Shown here in pieces: positions 63,301 through 64,000 of a stretch of 64,000 nt of DNA. The notes beneath the pieces were generated by a model, which saw only the letters and a program-made list of their open reading frames with translations, did no database searches and was not told where the DNA came from. Numbering within the stretch: position 1 is the first letter of the stretch; every line of letters starts with the position of its first letter. The stretch comes from Lingula anatina (Eukaryota > Animalia > Brachiopoda), in the NCBI GenBank assembly GCA_051362555.1, contig CM120640.1:14260001-14324000 (forward strand), written 5' to 3'. The position numbers and the translations under genes were made by a program.

Positions 63301-63922
63301 CCATTTCAAACCTATCACATTCACAAACAAAGTAAGCTACCTTAATCGCACTGGTAGTATCTGTCTCAAACAAATAGGGTTATTTTCGGTCCGACAAAAA
63401 TCCATTCCGTCTGACAAATTTTTCATTACTGCTGGTCCAAATGTCCGACCATTCTGAAAAGTTTTCAGCATGTCTGCTTTTGAAAGAATATCTTAATAAT
63501 AAATATACCTAATATGTTTACCTAAGCACTTTTTTTAATTAGATTGATTAATATTGCATATCTTGTGGTGATCATTTTAAGCTCTTTTCAAATTCACAGT
63601 TACGGGTGATGCTGGGGTTGGAACATTCTGACAAGCCCTCTCCCATGAGAACCAGGTCCCACACAGCAGATGTGAAAAACCATGCTAAGGTAAATTTTGG
63701 CTCCTTCACAACAGATGAAGGAATAATTGTGAAAGCAATTTTTTACAGTATGAAAAAAGGGATTTTAGTGGCAAAATACTTTGATGAATTATAGCATAAA
63801 ATGGTATCAAACTCGTTTTAACTGAAATTTAAGGTCTTGTTTTTATAATAGGAAGAAGAAAAACATCTTGAAGAGGTGGTGAATGTCATAAAAGAGGAGC
63901 TCTCAAGTCTCTTTGAGAAAAG
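51384..63922 (+). CDS. MYBBP1A: Myb-binding protein 1A / Pol5 (DNA polymerase phi family) nucleolar protein, first 28 coding exons; continues beyond the window
   Basis: Exons 51384-51566, 51963-52058, 52276-52365, 52604-52675, 52818-52928, 53099-53221, 53402-53494, 53689-53797, 54306-54397, 54707-54799, 55094-55237, 57653-57726, 58035-58209, 58495-58597, 58934-59007, 59287-59340, 59551-59712, 59886-59949, 60276-60418, 60752-60815, 60941-61134, 61560-61699, 62038-62095, 62234-62347, 62516-62591, 63023-63069, 63600-63689, 63852-63922; frame is continuous. Motifs: LLQLFWDLA, YTVQRLVRGLSSSRKFARPGYTLALTQ, FLFLHAFF, EPEWVEVITEILLSLLSQPSHL, acidic tract, MFRLDEALAEAF, HFKMRVLDL. Confidence 0.92.
55479..57640 (+). 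mobile_element. Mosaic of a second HINE-like family (159-bp tandem units) and an older interspersed repeat, in MYBBP1A intron 11
   Basis: 5' hairpin ATGTACAGACAC-agat-GTGTCTGTACAT (~55484-55511), a GTCGCC microsatellite-like tract, and units with AACGCAGGTCAAGTT..CATGATCGGGCC at 55641, 55800 and 55959 (period 159). The module restarts at ~56677 and further units occur at ~56830, ~56988, ~57261 and ~57421. Confidence 0.8.
63114..63476. mobile_element. 363-bp MITE (hAT-like CAG...CTG ends) in MYBBP1A intron 26
   Basis: Perfect 14-bp TIRs CAGACATGCTGAAA / TTTCAGCATGTCTG, flanked by the direct repeat CTTTTG (63108-63113 and 63477-63482). Subterminal GGTCC/GTCCGA motifs. Confidence 0.88.
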
Positions 63923-64000
63923 GTAATCCGTTAAATATTACATCTCATTGACTTAAGTCACCTCAGCTTTGTTTTAATGATGTATGTTGATAAATGTTAT

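Overview
AT-rich, intron-rich animal genomic DNA, probably a lophotrochozoan invertebrate such as a mollusc (inferred from gene content and repeat types; not provable here). Most entries in the ORF track are intronic noise or single-exon fragments. Splicing by hand gives four protein-coding genes in two compact head-to-head pairs. Pair 1 is BCAS3/rudhira (minus, 20 coding exons at 30746->19951, then an apparent intron of at least 20 kb running off the left edge) and a complete 18-exon MGH1/GH63-like glycoside hydrolase of the yeast YMR196W family (plus, 31041-40412, 887 aa). Pair 2 is eIF4H (minus, 51131->47192, 311 aa) and MYBBP1A/Pol5 (plus, from 51384, truncated at the right edge). Between the convergent pairs lies a 2.7-kb non-autonomous Helentron-type element carrying a 146-bp tandem array. 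About 1.3 kb of chimeric repeat is shared between 41.0-42.3 kb and MYBBP1A intron 11. The best leads are (i) the motif-rich non-coding 20 kb in the BCAS3 3' intron, a candidate Tbx2/3-type regulatory block, (ii) the microbial-type glucosidase sharing a promoter with an autophagy factor, and (iii) the mobile array of perfect DR1 nuclear-receptor sites. All coordinates were read by eye; no database search was run.
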